A stretch of DNA of 64,000 bases, from NCBI GenBank assembly GCA_951406725.2, contig OX597830.1, positions 40,486,001-40,550,000 of the forward strand, written 5' to 3'. The translations under genes were made by a program, and so were the position numbers. Positions 12,006-25,099 of this stretch are shown here, in pieces. How positions within the stretch are numbered: the stretch's first letter is position 1; every line of letters begins with the position of its first letter. The notes under the pieces are model-generated. The model ran no database searches and was not told the origin of the DNA. It saw nothing but the letters and a program-made list of their open reading frames with translations. The DNA is from Octopus vulgaris. Lineage: Eukaryota.

Positions 12006-12165
12006 ATGGGCTTCTTTCAGTTTCCCTCTACCAAATCCACTCACAAGGCTTTGGTCAGCCTGAGGCTATAGTAGAAGACACTTACCCAAATTGCCACACA
12101 GTGGGACTGAACCCAGAACCATGTGGCTGGTAAACAAGCTACTGACCACACAGCCACTCCTGTGT
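11745..12165 (-). mobile_element. SINE family A, near full length with internal (TA)n/(CA)n
   Basis: tRNA head, core, microsatellite and 3' tail gcggtgctccagaatggc...aatgactgaagcaaataaaag. Also 19757-20148, 20808-21205, 30540-30905(+), 35925-36342, 50187-50578, 54703-55345, 56472-56980(+), 60620-60835, 61320-61710(+). Confidence 0.9.
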
Positions 12166-12271
12166 CTGACATATATATATATATATATATATATATACAA
12201 GAAATATAAATATTATCAAAAATAATATTACTATACACCAAAAATAAAGCACCATAAAAGGTGGAATTATA

Positions 12272-12690
12272 AATATGCAAAGCGAGATGTACACAAAATA
12301 CGATCATTGCTAGAAATAGCAGCCAGTCAGCTATCGGTGCTAAAATAGAGCTTCACTGAAAGTAGTACAGTTTATTAGATAATTTCAACAGAAAGCCCAG
12401 GCTAACATTTCACTCCGATATCCATATCGCCTTATAACCATATAATTCAAGCAGGGATAGGCTTAATTGTAAACTTTCAGTGAAGCTCTACATAGCACCG
12501 ACAGCTTACCAGCTGGCATTTCTAGCAATGATCATACTCTGTGTACATCCACTTTGCATATATTTGGTAGTATTCCTTAATGTGATACAGCTTATCAGAT
12601 AATTTCAATTCAAAGACCAGACTAACATTTCAATGCGATATGCATATTGCATTATAACCATATTATCCAGACAGGGAAAGGCTAAATTGT
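12272..12690. repeat. A-B-A'(inverted)-B' composite repeat
   Basis: 12272-12363 inverted at 12473-12563. Spacer ~12377-12470 re-occurs directly at ~12597-12690. Confidence 0.8.
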
Positions 12691-12755
12691 TATTAATGAG
12701 TCAGATACTATTAGAATTGGGTGGTGGTGGTGGTGATGATAATGTTGATGATAGT

Positions 12756-13330
12756 CCTAATGCAATACCAGGCAGTGGCTCTTGAGGCTTCTGGTATTAA
12801 GTGATTGGAAGTGTTAACATGTACATTGTTTTGTCTTGGTATAAAAGATGTGCTACAGCAAATATTCTGCTCAGTACCATAGATTTGCTTGTCAGTTGCT
12901 TGACCTTAACCATTTGAGAATGTCCCTTAATGGTTGACAATATGTGCATCTCTGCTCACGAGCAGAAGTAATGGGAGAGCATCGTAGCTATGTGTTGAGA
13001 GAAATTCTGTGGCTTTTGAATGATTCACATTTGGAAACATGTGTGTTTCATTCATTATCACTAAACAATCCTTATTCAAGGGCCTTTTATGTGGGATGGG
13101 CTACTGAACCTGATGAAAATTCAAATTGGGTCCCACCTGCAAGGTCATGCATTGTTTATCTTGATATGAGATTACCATGTTGCACAGATATGGTTAAGAG
13201 GCATGTGCCTGATGTACCCTTATCAGACAGGTAGTAATGATAGGTATATTGGGCTTTGTATATTTGTACCCTAAAGTCACTTTGATGGCATGAGCTGCTC
13301 TCTCATTCAATAATAAAAATAATAATAATA
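12756..13330 (+). mobile_element. Probable non-LTR element 3' portion ending in (TAA)n
   Basis: Complex-sequence block bounded by microsatellites and ending ctctcattcaataata(ata)n. Family not recognised. Confidence 0.35.
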
Positions 13331-13439
13331 ATTTTTTCTAGGGGATTTTTGTCAGCCCTCAAAAAAATCCTGAAATTTTGGGGGAAGGGGATAGTTGATT
13401 ATATCGCCCCCCCCCCCCAAGGACTCAACTAGTACTTAA

Positions 13440-13618
13440 TTTACATTATTTACATTCGACGGATATTTGTCCTCATCTTGTTTGTTGTTAACATAATGTT
13501 TTGGCTGATATACCCTCCAGCCTTTATCAGGGGTCTTGGGGAAATTTCGAATTCCTAAGATATTTTGAAATGCCTAAGGCATTTTTTGAAATCCCTAAAG
13601 TATTTTTCAATGTTGTTG

Positions 13619-13676
<58 letters not shown>

Positions 13677-13720
13677 TATTATTATTACTATTATCATCAT
13701 TATTATTATTACTATTATCA

Positions 13721-13777
<57 letters not shown>

Positions 13778-13876
13778 TCACTGCCTGGAATCGGACTCGG
13801 AATCTTGGGGTTAGTAACCTGCACTCTTAACCACTATGCCATATGCCCATGGGCATATGGCTTAGTGGTTAAGAGT
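13440..13876 (-). mobile_element. tRNA-head + (TAA)n + hammerhead element (family E), copy with short inverted head duplication
   Basis: Head 13848-13774, (TAA)n, tail 13610-13440 with degenerate HHR gaccc-ctgataa-a-ggctg...cagcc-aaaac-att-atgtt. Palindromic head duplication 13851-13876. Confidence 0.8.
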
Positions 13877-14361
13877 TTGGGGGTTTTTTGTAAGCCCTCA
13901 TTAAATCATGTTTACTTAAGCCTTTATTTCCCTATGTATGGAGCATAGGCTATTGACAACATGTTATCAGCTCTGGGTTGTCTTTTCTACATCTCTCCCG
14001 TTGGTTCCCTGTTTAATCTTAACTGTCCTTGGTGGGGGATTCGAAACGATAGACTAAAAGTGGGGATAATCAAATGGCACAGCACATTTTGTCCCATGTT
14101 CTTCAGAGATTCTACCAATAGATGATCCTTTATGACAATAATAATAATCCTTTCTACTATAGGTACAACGTCTGAAATTTGGGGGAAGGGGAAAAGTCGA
14201 TTACATTGACTCCAGTACTCGACTGGTACTTATTTCATCAACCCCAAAAGGATGAAAGGCAAAGTCGACCGTGGCAGAATTTGAACTCAGAATATAAAAA
14301 TGGATGAAATGCTGCTAAGCATTTCATCCAGCGTGCTAATGACTCTGCTAGCTCACTGCCT

Positions 14362-14403
<42 letters not shown>

Positions 14404-14569
14404 GTTTCAAATTTTGCCACAAGGGCAGCAGTTTTGGGGAAGGGGATGAGTTGATTACATCAACCCCAGTGTTCAACTGATACTTGTTTTATTAACCCCA
14501 AAAGGATGAAAGGTAAAGTTGACCTCAGCAGAATTTGAACTCAGAACGTAAACATGGACGAAATGTTGT

Positions 14570-14830
14570 TCTTAGGGAGATTCAGTGTGACACAGTGTGT
14601 GACCATCCTGGCCCTTTGAAATACAGCTACAACAGAAACAGGAAGAAAGAGTGAGACAAAGTTGTGGCGAAAGAGTACAGCAGAGTTCGCCACAACCATC
14701 TGCTGGAGCTTTGTGGAGCTTTAGGTGTTTTTGCTCAATAAACACTCACAACGCCTGGTCTAGGAATTGAAACTGCTATCCTATGACTGCGAGTCCACTG
14801 CCCTAACAACTGGGCCATTGTGTCTCCACT
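14570..14830 (-). mobile_element. tRNA-derived SINE (additional family)
   Basis: Minus strand tggcccagttgttagggcagtggactcgcagt...gtttcaattcc (A/B boxes) followed by ttgagcaaaaacacctaaa. Confidence 0.6.
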
Positions 14831-15013
14831 ATAATAAATATAATACTAATATAATCACTTTCAACAAAGTAATATATTTTGTTTAGCTTTTATCTTCTAC
14901 TTTAGTTTCATCAGTTTGTTGTTCATTTACATAAAACTTCAAGGAGCTTATTTTTATGTGATACGATGTTGAAATAAGTTATAATTAGTCTTACTCATCA
15001 ATTCACAGGATTA

Positions 15014-15063
<50 letters not shown>

Positions 15064-15574
15064 TATTAAACACCTACACTTTATGTCTGTCTTTATATTG
15101 TATCCCTCATCTGTTGTTCTAGTGACAGATAAAAGAAATCATTGTTATTATTATTATTATAGTTATTACTATTATAAATATTATCTTTATTATCATTGTT
15201 ATTATTATCATCATCATCATTAAAGTTGCTGCAAATGGTTAAATCAAAATTCATTTAATTACTAAGCTAGTTGACAAACTATCCACGTACTTAATGAGTA
15301 AATTATCAAACATAACGCAATTTATGTGGATTTACAAAATATTTAACATAAAACTACCACAGAATAACAAACATATTTAATCCACGAAATCATTTTTTCA
15401 CTCTCCATTCTTTGTATAAACTGTCTAGATTAACAAAACTTCCAGCCAATTAATGGCTTTCAATTTTCATTATTATAGCTAAATAACATTTATCTAAATA
15501 CTCTCTCAGTTTGTCTTTGAGTGGATTCATTACGATTACTCACAAACTAAACTTGGTATAATAAATATTCAAGC

Positions 15575-16050
15575 GGTACCCATCATAGGCTACAAAACGA
15601 AGCTGAAGAAGTTCAAGACATTGGTCTGACCAGTATTACTCTACAGATGTGAAAACTGGAAAGTGACAAAATGGAAGGGGTAAAAACAGCAGACAGCTTC
15701 CAGTTTCCAGTAAAGGAAAATACTTGACATCAAGCGGCTGCAAAGAGTCCAAAATGATACAATTGAAATGACAATGGGCATTGACAGGATCAGTGATTAA
15801 ATAAAATGCAGATGTTGGCGTGGGTTGAACATGTCCTCAAATAAAATTAAGAAAGTGATTGTAAGGTGGCACTAAAGGGGAAAAGAACAGCAGGGCACCC
15901 TAAAACCACATGGCAAAGGACCATTGACAAGGAAAGGAGCAAGAAGGGTGGAGAAGCTGGAATGAGACCAGAACAGGGACAGAAAACAGAGCTGGTGGGA
16001 GAGATCGTGTAGTGGCCTTACAAGCTTCATGGCATGGAGAGAACAAAATA
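15575..16050 (+). mobile_element. Decayed RTE-like LINE 3' fragment
   Basis: Remnant TKLKKFKTLV*PVLLY.CENWKVTK and GKRTAGHPKTTW motifs. Confidence 0.6.
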
Positions 16051-16639
16051 ACTAACCCATCATCTTTGCAAGTTCACAAAACTGCTCATCTTGAAGTATA
16101 AATATTGCCATTTTGGTCACTATTTGAAATCATTTTGGATTTTTTTTTTCCTCGCATGCAATATTTTGAATAATTAAGCTATTACAGCAATTCCTGGTGG
16201 AAAATCATGATAGTTTGTAAATATATCGTCATGATTTGCAATTGTGGAGGAATCAAAAACCTACCTTTCTTGCACCTCATCTTCATGGAATATCATCATC
16301 ATCATCATCATCATTTAATTTCACCTTTTCCCCGTTGGCATGGGTGGAACAGCTCAATAAGAGCCAACAATCCAGAGCACTGTGAAAAGGTCTAGTATCT
16401 ACTTTGGCATGGTTTCTACAGCCAGATGCCCTTCCTAATGCCAACCACTTTACAGAATAGACAAGGTGCTTTTTTCTCGACACTAGCTCCAATGATGTCA
16501 CTGAGTACTCACAGCACAAGAACCCCCTTGACTGAGGGGAGTAGAAAATCAAGGGTGGTGAAAGTATGATAAAGAGACAGGAGTAGGAGTCCCACTGAGG
16601 AGGAGATACATGACTTTCCCAGCTGGGAAGAGAGATGGT

Positions 16640-19400
16640 AAGGGCATTCCCTCAAAGTAGAAGGTAAATAAAAAGGCAACAATAAACCTTTTTTCTAAAT
16701 GAATGCAAAGATGATTTATGAAAGTGAGCAGCAAACTTACTTCGATTGTTTGTGTTTGCTCCATGTTGTTGGTTAAACAAAACTTTAACTTTGTCATTCC
16801 ATGAAACTTTGTCTTTCCAAAATTGCTTTCTTATCTTGTTAATTTTGCCTTGTGCACAACAAAGTGAAGAAATCGCTATCAGGTCATTCTTTTGAAGAAT
16901 CTTGTAGAATGTAACCGGTTCTTCAAAGCTATAGCTTAAAACCTGCAATGCTACTTTTTATGTGATGTTTATCAGTTTCTTGTGACAATATCTAGCTACA
17001 GGGCTATTTCACTTATCTTCTTCAATGTATGTGATCAGTACCTTATAATTCTTTATTATCAACCGCAATGCAAAGTGTCTAGATAACTATCCAACTTCAT
17101 TAAATGGTCTGAAGGCAACAACTTAATTCTCAGAAGCCTCTGGAATTTTCTTAAACTTGCATCTTTTAATGGTAGATCAATAAAGCAGTATAGATTGTTC
17201 TCATCAAAGCTTCCATTTTTTTTGTTTTTGTTTCTATTTGACTTCTTTCCACATATTAGAAACTGCCAGATCTTCATGATGTAATCCAGAATGTTGCAGA
17301 ATTGAGGAATTGAGAATGGAATTTCCTGTTTCACCCTTTTTAAAAATTCAACATTACCGATGCTCCATCAGATGGAAACATCCTGATTTTACAAAACACA
17401 AGTTTCTTCCCTTCATAAACCTGCTCCAGTGTTTATTTCTTTATTGGCTACAGGGGGGTAAACATAGAGGGAATAAACAAGGACAAAGGGATTAAGTCGA
17501 TTACATCGACCCCAGTGCATAACTGGTACTTATTTAATCGCCCCCCCCCCTCCCAAGGATAAATGGCAAAGTCGACCTCGGTGGAATTTGAACTCAGAAC
17601 ATAAAGACTGACAAAATACTGCTAAGCATTTCACCCAAAATGCTAATGTTTCTGCCAGCTCAGTGTTGAAACGGTACAAATATAGCACACTTGCAGCTGA
17701 GTTATTCCACCAAAGAAGCCTTTTGTGCAGAGTACAATCTTTAGACCAGAATTTGAAGACACAGAATGAAGCATCTGTTGATAAATAAATTTGTGGTTTT
17801 ATTAAAAATTAACGTGTGAAAAGCCAGAGATATATTTCTTCAGGCATGTCTATCTAAACAATACAATTAATGGTGTCCAGAAATTCAAAGGCATAATTCT
17901 TGCTTTACCAGCTATCTGGGAGCTGAAATGGTATACAATAGATGCAAGCATGGCTGTGTGGTTAAGAAGTCTCCTCCCCAACAATGAGGTTTCAGGTTCA
18001 GTCCTACTGCATGGCACCTTGTGCAAATGCCTTCTACTAATTTAATGCAAGCTTTGTGAGTGGATTTTGGTTGAGAAAAACTGAAGGAAACCCATTTTAT
18101 ATTCATATACATACATACACACATACATACATACATACATACATACATACATACATACATACATACATACATACATACATACATACATACATACATGCAT
18201 GCACACACATACACATATACAAACACATAAATATACTAAACAGATATGCATGTATACATGTGTCTGTGACCTTGTCATGATTTTGAATGAGTATCACTGT
18301 CATGCCAGTGATGTTGTTCATTTCCAGTTTTCTTTGAAAAACATGTTCTAGCCATGAAGAATTATTACCATGTTTAGAAACAGATGAGGACTGGACTGGT
18401 GACAGAAAGACAGTCTACCCATAGACAACCGGTCCCAACAGATTCTTTCTGATCCATGCAAGTGTGGAAAAGTGAATGTTAAAAACGATAATGATGTTCG
18501 TTTTAATGTGTCAAGTCGAGAGTAAAGAGTTATTTATTTCAGCTGCTAACAACATACGTTCCATAAGAACTTTCATCTTCTCTCAGTTTGATCATTTTCA
18601 TTTTCGCTCATCTGCACTCCCACTTACCATCTGTAGTATTCCACAAACATGTAATGGGAGTTTCTATCTTATTGTTGACCTGAGCTTAAATATAACTCCA
18701 GTGTGTGATTTACTTTCCAAATGATGCATCAAAAAGTTAAGTTTCAAACATCATTTAGGTAAGGGGGTCTAAAAGGGGGTCTCAGGGAGTAGTGTCCCTG
18801 CCTTCCTGAGCTAGTTTTCCACGACATTTCTTAAAAATTGCAGTAGAGGCCTTAGTCTCAGGGCCATTCATGCCTAGAAACTGAGATTGGGAGTAAGTAA
18901 GGGCATGCACCCCATAGAAAATCCAGCTCTAAAAAAGCCTCATGATAGCAAGGGAGAATGGGCACCAGCCAGCCAGCCTAAAGGTTGGGGTGGGCTGCAC
19001 CTGCCTACCTCAGTTGTTATGGCATTGCGATAGATCTGGCCACCCTCCATTAACGGATTAAACCCGGATTTAAAACACTGGATGATGATGATCATGACGA
19101 CAATGACGACGACGATGATGATGATGATGATGATGATTCCACTTTTTTTTTCCAGTAGTAAATTCTCCAGCAACTTTCAGACGATGACATTATGAACTGT
19201 AAACTCCAGTTTCCGAATCATACATAAATATTTCTTAAAGCTCAACATTCACGACCTCGTAAAATATTTCGACATAGCATTTTCAGCTATTTTGTTAAGC
19301 TATTCAGTTTTAAACAAACCTGCTGCAGTTGTTTTGTACTTCACACCTTCTGCTTTTTCTTTAATTTGACACTAAATCAATACATTTTTCAATAAAAACT
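16640..19400 (-). pseudogene. hAT-superfamily (ZNF862-like) transposase fossil fragmented by nested SINEs
   Basis: Colinear minus-strand remnants: KVAGEFTTGKKKW (~19150), FLMHHLESKSH and KVLMERMLLA (18500-18740), YAFEFLDTIN and FHTLIFNKTTN (17800-17900), MFPSDGASVML (~17370), EEPVTFYKILQKNDL (~16900). Confidence 0.75.
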
Positions 19401-20453
19401 CAGTTAACTAGATACAGAATTTTTGGTAAACTCATAAATATAAACACTGTCAGCCAAACACAGCTGGCCATAGACATGTTGCTGCTGAGCAAACCGGAAC
19501 TTAATGATGTGTAAATGCAGTAGTTTAAGAAAAAAAAAAACAATTAATCTAATTAACAGAAAGTATTAACTAAGAGAACGTTTCCAATCATCATCATCAT
19601 TTACCATATTTTCTGGCAAGAAGTCAAATTTTTCAGACTAAAATTTATACACCAAGATGACTTTGGAAGACTAAAAATTCCATGTGAAATGTAGCAGGGT
19701 TTGGAAAGATAGTGGTGATGTTTGAATATTTATTCTACATGCTTTTACTAAAATACTACTCTTTTACTTGTTTCAGTCATTTGACTGTGGCCATGGTGGA
19801 GCACCACTTTTAGTCGAGAAAATTGACCCCAGGACTTATTCTTTGTAAGCCTAGTACTTATTCTGTCGGTCCCTTTTGCTGAACCGCTAAGTTATGTGGA
19901 TGTAAACACACCAGCATCGGTTGTCAAACGATGTTTCGGGGGGTAAACACAGACACACATATATATATATATATATACATATATACAACGGGCTTCTTTC
20001 AGTTTCTGTCTACCAAATCCACTCACAAGGCTTTGATCAGTCCGAAGCTATAGCAGAAGACACTTGGCCAAGGTGCCACGCAGTGGGACTGAACTCAGAA
20101 CCATGTGGTTGGTAAGCAAGCTACTTACAACACAGCCACTCCTGCACCTATGTTGAATTGTATACTAGAAAATATAGTAATGTTCATTTTCCATATTGCA
20201 TAGATCAGTTGGAATTCATTGAGCCAGGCTCGATGTCTTTTCTGCAACTAGGTCCCACCTGTTTCCAGCCAAGACATGTTTTTCCAGTAGACACATTTTC
20301 CATGGCTAGACATGTTTTTCATGGAAGACCCGAACAAAAAAAACATCAGTTGCATGATGGTGATTCTTGTTGACAACCATCATGTGATGTTAAGACAAGG
20401 GTACACACAACAACATACACACACCTGCATATATATACGTATATATATGTATG

Positions 20454-20504
<51 letters not shown>

Positions 20505-20505
20505 A

Positions 20506-20579
<74 letters not shown>

Positions 20580-20661
20580 CATACATATATATATACATAT
20601 ATATATACATATACATATATACATTTATATATATACATATATACATACATATATAAATATT

Positions 20662-20693
20662 CTGTAGAAGAGCGTAGGCTCGAAACATAAAAG
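20662..20693 (+). ncRNA. Hammerhead-like motif (same family as 8999-9034), truncated just 5' of the core
   Basis: CTGTAGA-A-GAGC GTAG GCTC-GAAAC-ATA-AAAG. Confidence 0.5.
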
Positions 20694-21274
20694 ACTTTTT
20701 CTATTCCTGAGCGCTATACTAATACATCTGTTTGTTTTGTAAACCACCTGTCTTCGTCTTTTGTTTTTTTCGTAAACTTTCCCTATATATATATATACAT
20801 ACAGGTACTCTTACTCTTTACTCTTTTACTTGTTTCAGTCATTTGACTGCGGCCATGCTGGAGCACCGCCTTTTAATCGAGCAACTCGACCCCGGGACTT
20901 ATTCTGCCCAGTACTTACTCTATCGGTCTCTTTTGGCGAACCGCTAAGTAACGGGGACATAAACACACCAGCATTGGTTGTCAAGCAATGCTAGGGGGAC
21001 AAACACAGACACACAAACACACACATGCATATATATACATATATACGACGGTCTTCTTTCAGTTTCCGTCTACCAAATCCACTCACAAGGCTTTGGTCGG
21101 CCCGAGGCTATAGTAGAAGACACTTGCCCAAGGTGCCACACAGTGGGACTGAACCCGGAACCATGTGGTTGGTAAGCTACTTACCACACAGCCACTCCTG
21201 CGCCTGTAGTTGATTATTGATTAAAGTGTATTCCTCCATTTTCTTATTTTGTATATATATATATATATATATAT

Positions 21275-21327
<53 letters not shown>

Positions 21328-21373
21328 GTACATACATACATATATATATATATACATACATATACACACACAG

Positions 21374-21414
<41 letters not shown>

Positions 21415-21825
21415 CATACATACATATACGGATGTATGTATATATACAATGGGCTTCTTTCAGTTTTTATCATCAAATAAATCTACTCACAAGCCTTTGG
21501 TTGGCCCAGGGCTATAGCAGATGACATTTTCCCAAGGTGTCACCATCATCATCATCATCATCATCATCATCATTTAATGTCCATTGTCCATACTGGCATC
21601 AGTTGCATGGTTTGACCAGAGCTAGCAAGCTGGAAGGCTGCACCAGACTCCAGTGTTTTGGTAAGGTCTCTATGGCTGGATGCCCTTCCTAATGCCAATC
21701 ATTTTACAGAGTGTGCTGGGTGCTTTTACATGGCGTCACATGGGCATTTTTATGTGGCACAGCATGGGTGCTTTTACGTGGCACCACGAGAACACTTTTA
21801 CGTGGCACTGCATGGGCGCTTTCAC

Positions 21826-23320
21826 ATGGTACTGTGCAGAAGGACCACTTGTATGATATTCTTCTGCAGGGTACCTCAAAGACAAGTGACAATGATCTCC
21901 TCTTCATGGCTGGGGATTTCAATGGGCATGATGGATGAAAACCTGGTATCTTCCATGGTGTACATGAGAGCCATGGATTTGGCTCCTGAAACAAAGAGGC
22001 TACTGGCGTTCTGTGATGCAAATAACCTTTTGATCTGCAACATGTTCTTCAGGAAGCTAGCCATTCACCTGATAACCTACTAATCTGGTGTCTGTGCTAG
22101 CCAGATCGATTACATTCTCACCAAACATTCTCTGGTGAAGAATGTACCCTCAGCATAGATTAGTCATTAGTGACTTCAGACTCCAGAAGGATGCCAAGAA
22201 GTAAACCAATGTGGAAAAGAAGGGCTTGAAAGCTTAAAGACTCTTCATATGGTCAAAGATTTAGGGACATCCAAATTGAGAAAGTTAATGAAAGGGAAGG
22301 AGAGCTACAGACTCTGATATAGAGGACAACTGGGAATTCCTGAAGGACAATTTGCTGAGTACCACAGACCAAATCTGTGGCTGGTGAAAAGTCCCATCTA
22401 GACCTAGGGTAATATGGTGATGGAACAATGTGGTAGACAGGGCCATTAGAGCTAAGAAATAGAGCTGGAAGGTCTGGAAGAATGGGGTTATCAGGGAACT
22501 GTATCAGAATGCCAGAAGAGATGCTAGGGGACAAGTATATCTAGCCAAGAGAGAAGCAGAATAGAAGTTTGCCTATGTTCAGTGACACGAGGACCAAAGA
22601 ACTGAAGTGTTTCAGATTGCAAGACAGGGTGTAAGAGAAAATCACAATATCATAGGAAAGAAATGTGTCTGTATGGATGATGGTGCACTTACGTATAATG
22701 ATTCTGCAAAGAAAAAGGTTTGGAAATGCCATTATGAAAGACTGCTGAATGTGGCAGTAGGAGAGTCTGCCAAATGTTGATCCAATTGAGGGACCAGCTC
22801 CATGACAGTTCCATGGTAGATAATGCAATTAAGGATATAAAGACAGGAAAAGCCCCCAGCCCATCAGGAATCACTGCTGAGATTCTTAAAATATCTATTG
22901 GTGTAGGTTATTGTCTAGTCACCCATATTGTTAATCAGGTGGTTCACAAAGGAGTAATACCCAATGACTGGTGTAGCAGCAACATAGTCAACTGCTACAA
23001 AGGTAAAGGTGATGCCTTAGAAAGAAATAATTACAGAGGTATCAAATTGCTGAATCAGGTGATGAAAGTTACGGTGAGAGTCAATAGCCCAACCAATTAG
23101 AGTTATCTTAGATGAGATGCAGTTTGGTTTTGTGTCAGGGAGAAGCACCACTGATACTATATTTCTGGAGAGGCAGCTGCAGGAGAAATACATAGCCAAA
23201 GATAAACCTCTGTACTTGGCCTTTGTTGACTTGGAGAAAACCTTTGACAGGGTCCCCCAATCCCTTATCTGGGGGTCAATGTAGAAACTAGGGATGCTAC
23301 GAGTAAAGTGAGGGTTGCCT
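21826..23320 (+). mobile_element. RTE-clade LINE fragment (APE endonuclease to RT N-terminal half), decayed
   Basis: LFMAGDFNGH, SQIDYIL, KTGKAPSPSGITAEILK, IPNDWCSS..YKGKGDALERNNYRGIKLL, QFGFVSGRSTTDTIF, LYLAFVDLEKTFDRVP. Confidence 0.92.
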
Positions 23321-23990
23321 TTCCCTTGGATAACATGGGTTGCATGGAGAAGGGAGGCTGGTATGCATGGGTGACTGCTAGTCTTCCATAAACAACCATG
23401 CCCAGACTTGTGCCTCCATGGGTAACTTTCTAGGTGCAATTCCATGGTCATTCATGACCAAAGAGGGTCTTTACTCTTTATATATATATGTGTGTGCAGA
23501 GGCATGTGGCTTAGTGGCTGTGTTGGTGGGCTCCTGATCATAAGATCAAGGTTTCGATTCCTGGACTGGGCAATGCATTATCTTCTTAAGTAAAACACTT
23601 CATTTTACGTTGCTCTAGTTCCCTCATCTAGCAAAGATGAGCATTCCTGTGATAGACTGGCATCCCATCCAGGGGAGAGTATATTCACCAGAGAAACCAA
23701 AAAACTGAGCAACCAATTTTATATGACTCAGGAAGGAGGCTTATCTCATCAATATGTGTGTGTGTGTGCGTGCGTGCATGCATATATGTGTGTATCAAAA
23801 ATATGTGAATATATATAATTCATATGTAACAAATATACATACATACATACATCTAACTATAATGCATACACACACACATATAAACACACATACATATCTA
23901 TACTTCATCTATAATATATGCATAAATATAATATATACATGCATGTATGTATATATGAATGCAGGTGTGTGCATGCATACAGGTGTGTAG

Positions 23991-24058
<68 letters not shown>

Positions 24059-24432
24059 GTGTGCGTGCATATTTCTGAATGCTTAATACATTTTTTCTTT
24101 TCCAAAAACATACAACAAAAACTGAATAAGTAAATATAAAAAAAAAACTAAATAAGCAAATAAATACGAAATATATTTCCACCTTCCCAGTTCTTGATGG
24201 AGTTGTCATAGAAACGAGCTTACAGCATAATATTTTGCTTCATCAAATATTGCAATGTGTTTGCATAATTTCAAAATGTTGCTGCTGTTTTTCTTTTTAA
24301 AATATTATTTATACCTTTGCAGATATATATTCATGCGTGTGTGTGTGCATGTGTGTGTGAGTGTGTGTGTGTGTATGTGTGTGTAAATATATTTTGGGTC
24401 AAATTAACTTAGAAATATTCTTTTGCAGATAG

Positions 24433-24469
<37 letters not shown>

Positions 24470-24584
24470 ACTGAAGGTAAATAACTAACATTGCATAAAA
24501 AAAAAATGAGAATATTTATCTATAGCGAGTGTTTCACTCATACACTAACATAGTCTGTGTGTGCGTGTGTCTACATTATATAGA

Positions 24585-24620
<36 letters not shown>

Positions 24621-24851
24621 GAGGGAGGGAGAGAGAAACCTATTTTATACATACACACACACACACATGTATAATACAGGTAATAGACACAGGTGTAGCT
24701 GTGTGGTAAGAAGTTTGTTTCCCAACTACATGGTTCCGGGTTCAATCGCACTGTATGGCACCTTGGGTAAATATCTTCTGCCTCAGGCTGACCATAGCCT
24801 TGTGAATGGATTTGATAGACAGAAACTGAAAGAAGCCCATCGTATGTATAT

Positions 24852-24924
<73 letters not shown>

Positions 24925-24928
24925 TATA

Positions 24929-25095
24929 GTGAATCCAAAGAAAGAACAAACATGAAAAAACAGCAACGCGAGGGCATGGTTCAAGGAAAGGAAAGAAAGA
25001 GGATTTAATATTTCGAGCAAAGCTCTTCTTCAGAAATAGAGGAAAGTCGAAAAGAAGTGAAGATGGAAGAAGAAAATCGCCAACGATTCACATAA
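24929..25095 (-). mobile_element. Short PLE-like repeat with hammerhead, next to (TA)n
   Basis: Similar to 45860-46045 (caacgcgagg(g/a)c(a/g)tgg ... aaaatcgccaac). Confidence 0.65.
25004..25036 (-). ncRNA. Minimal hammerhead-like motif
   Basis: TTT-CTGAAGA-A-GAGC TTT GCTC-GAAAT-ATT-AAA. Confidence 0.6.
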
Positions 25096-25099
25096 TTCA

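Noticed and set aside
13109-13135. CTGATGA motif as a hammerhead
   Set aside because: No stem II or GAAA-stem III arrangement follows
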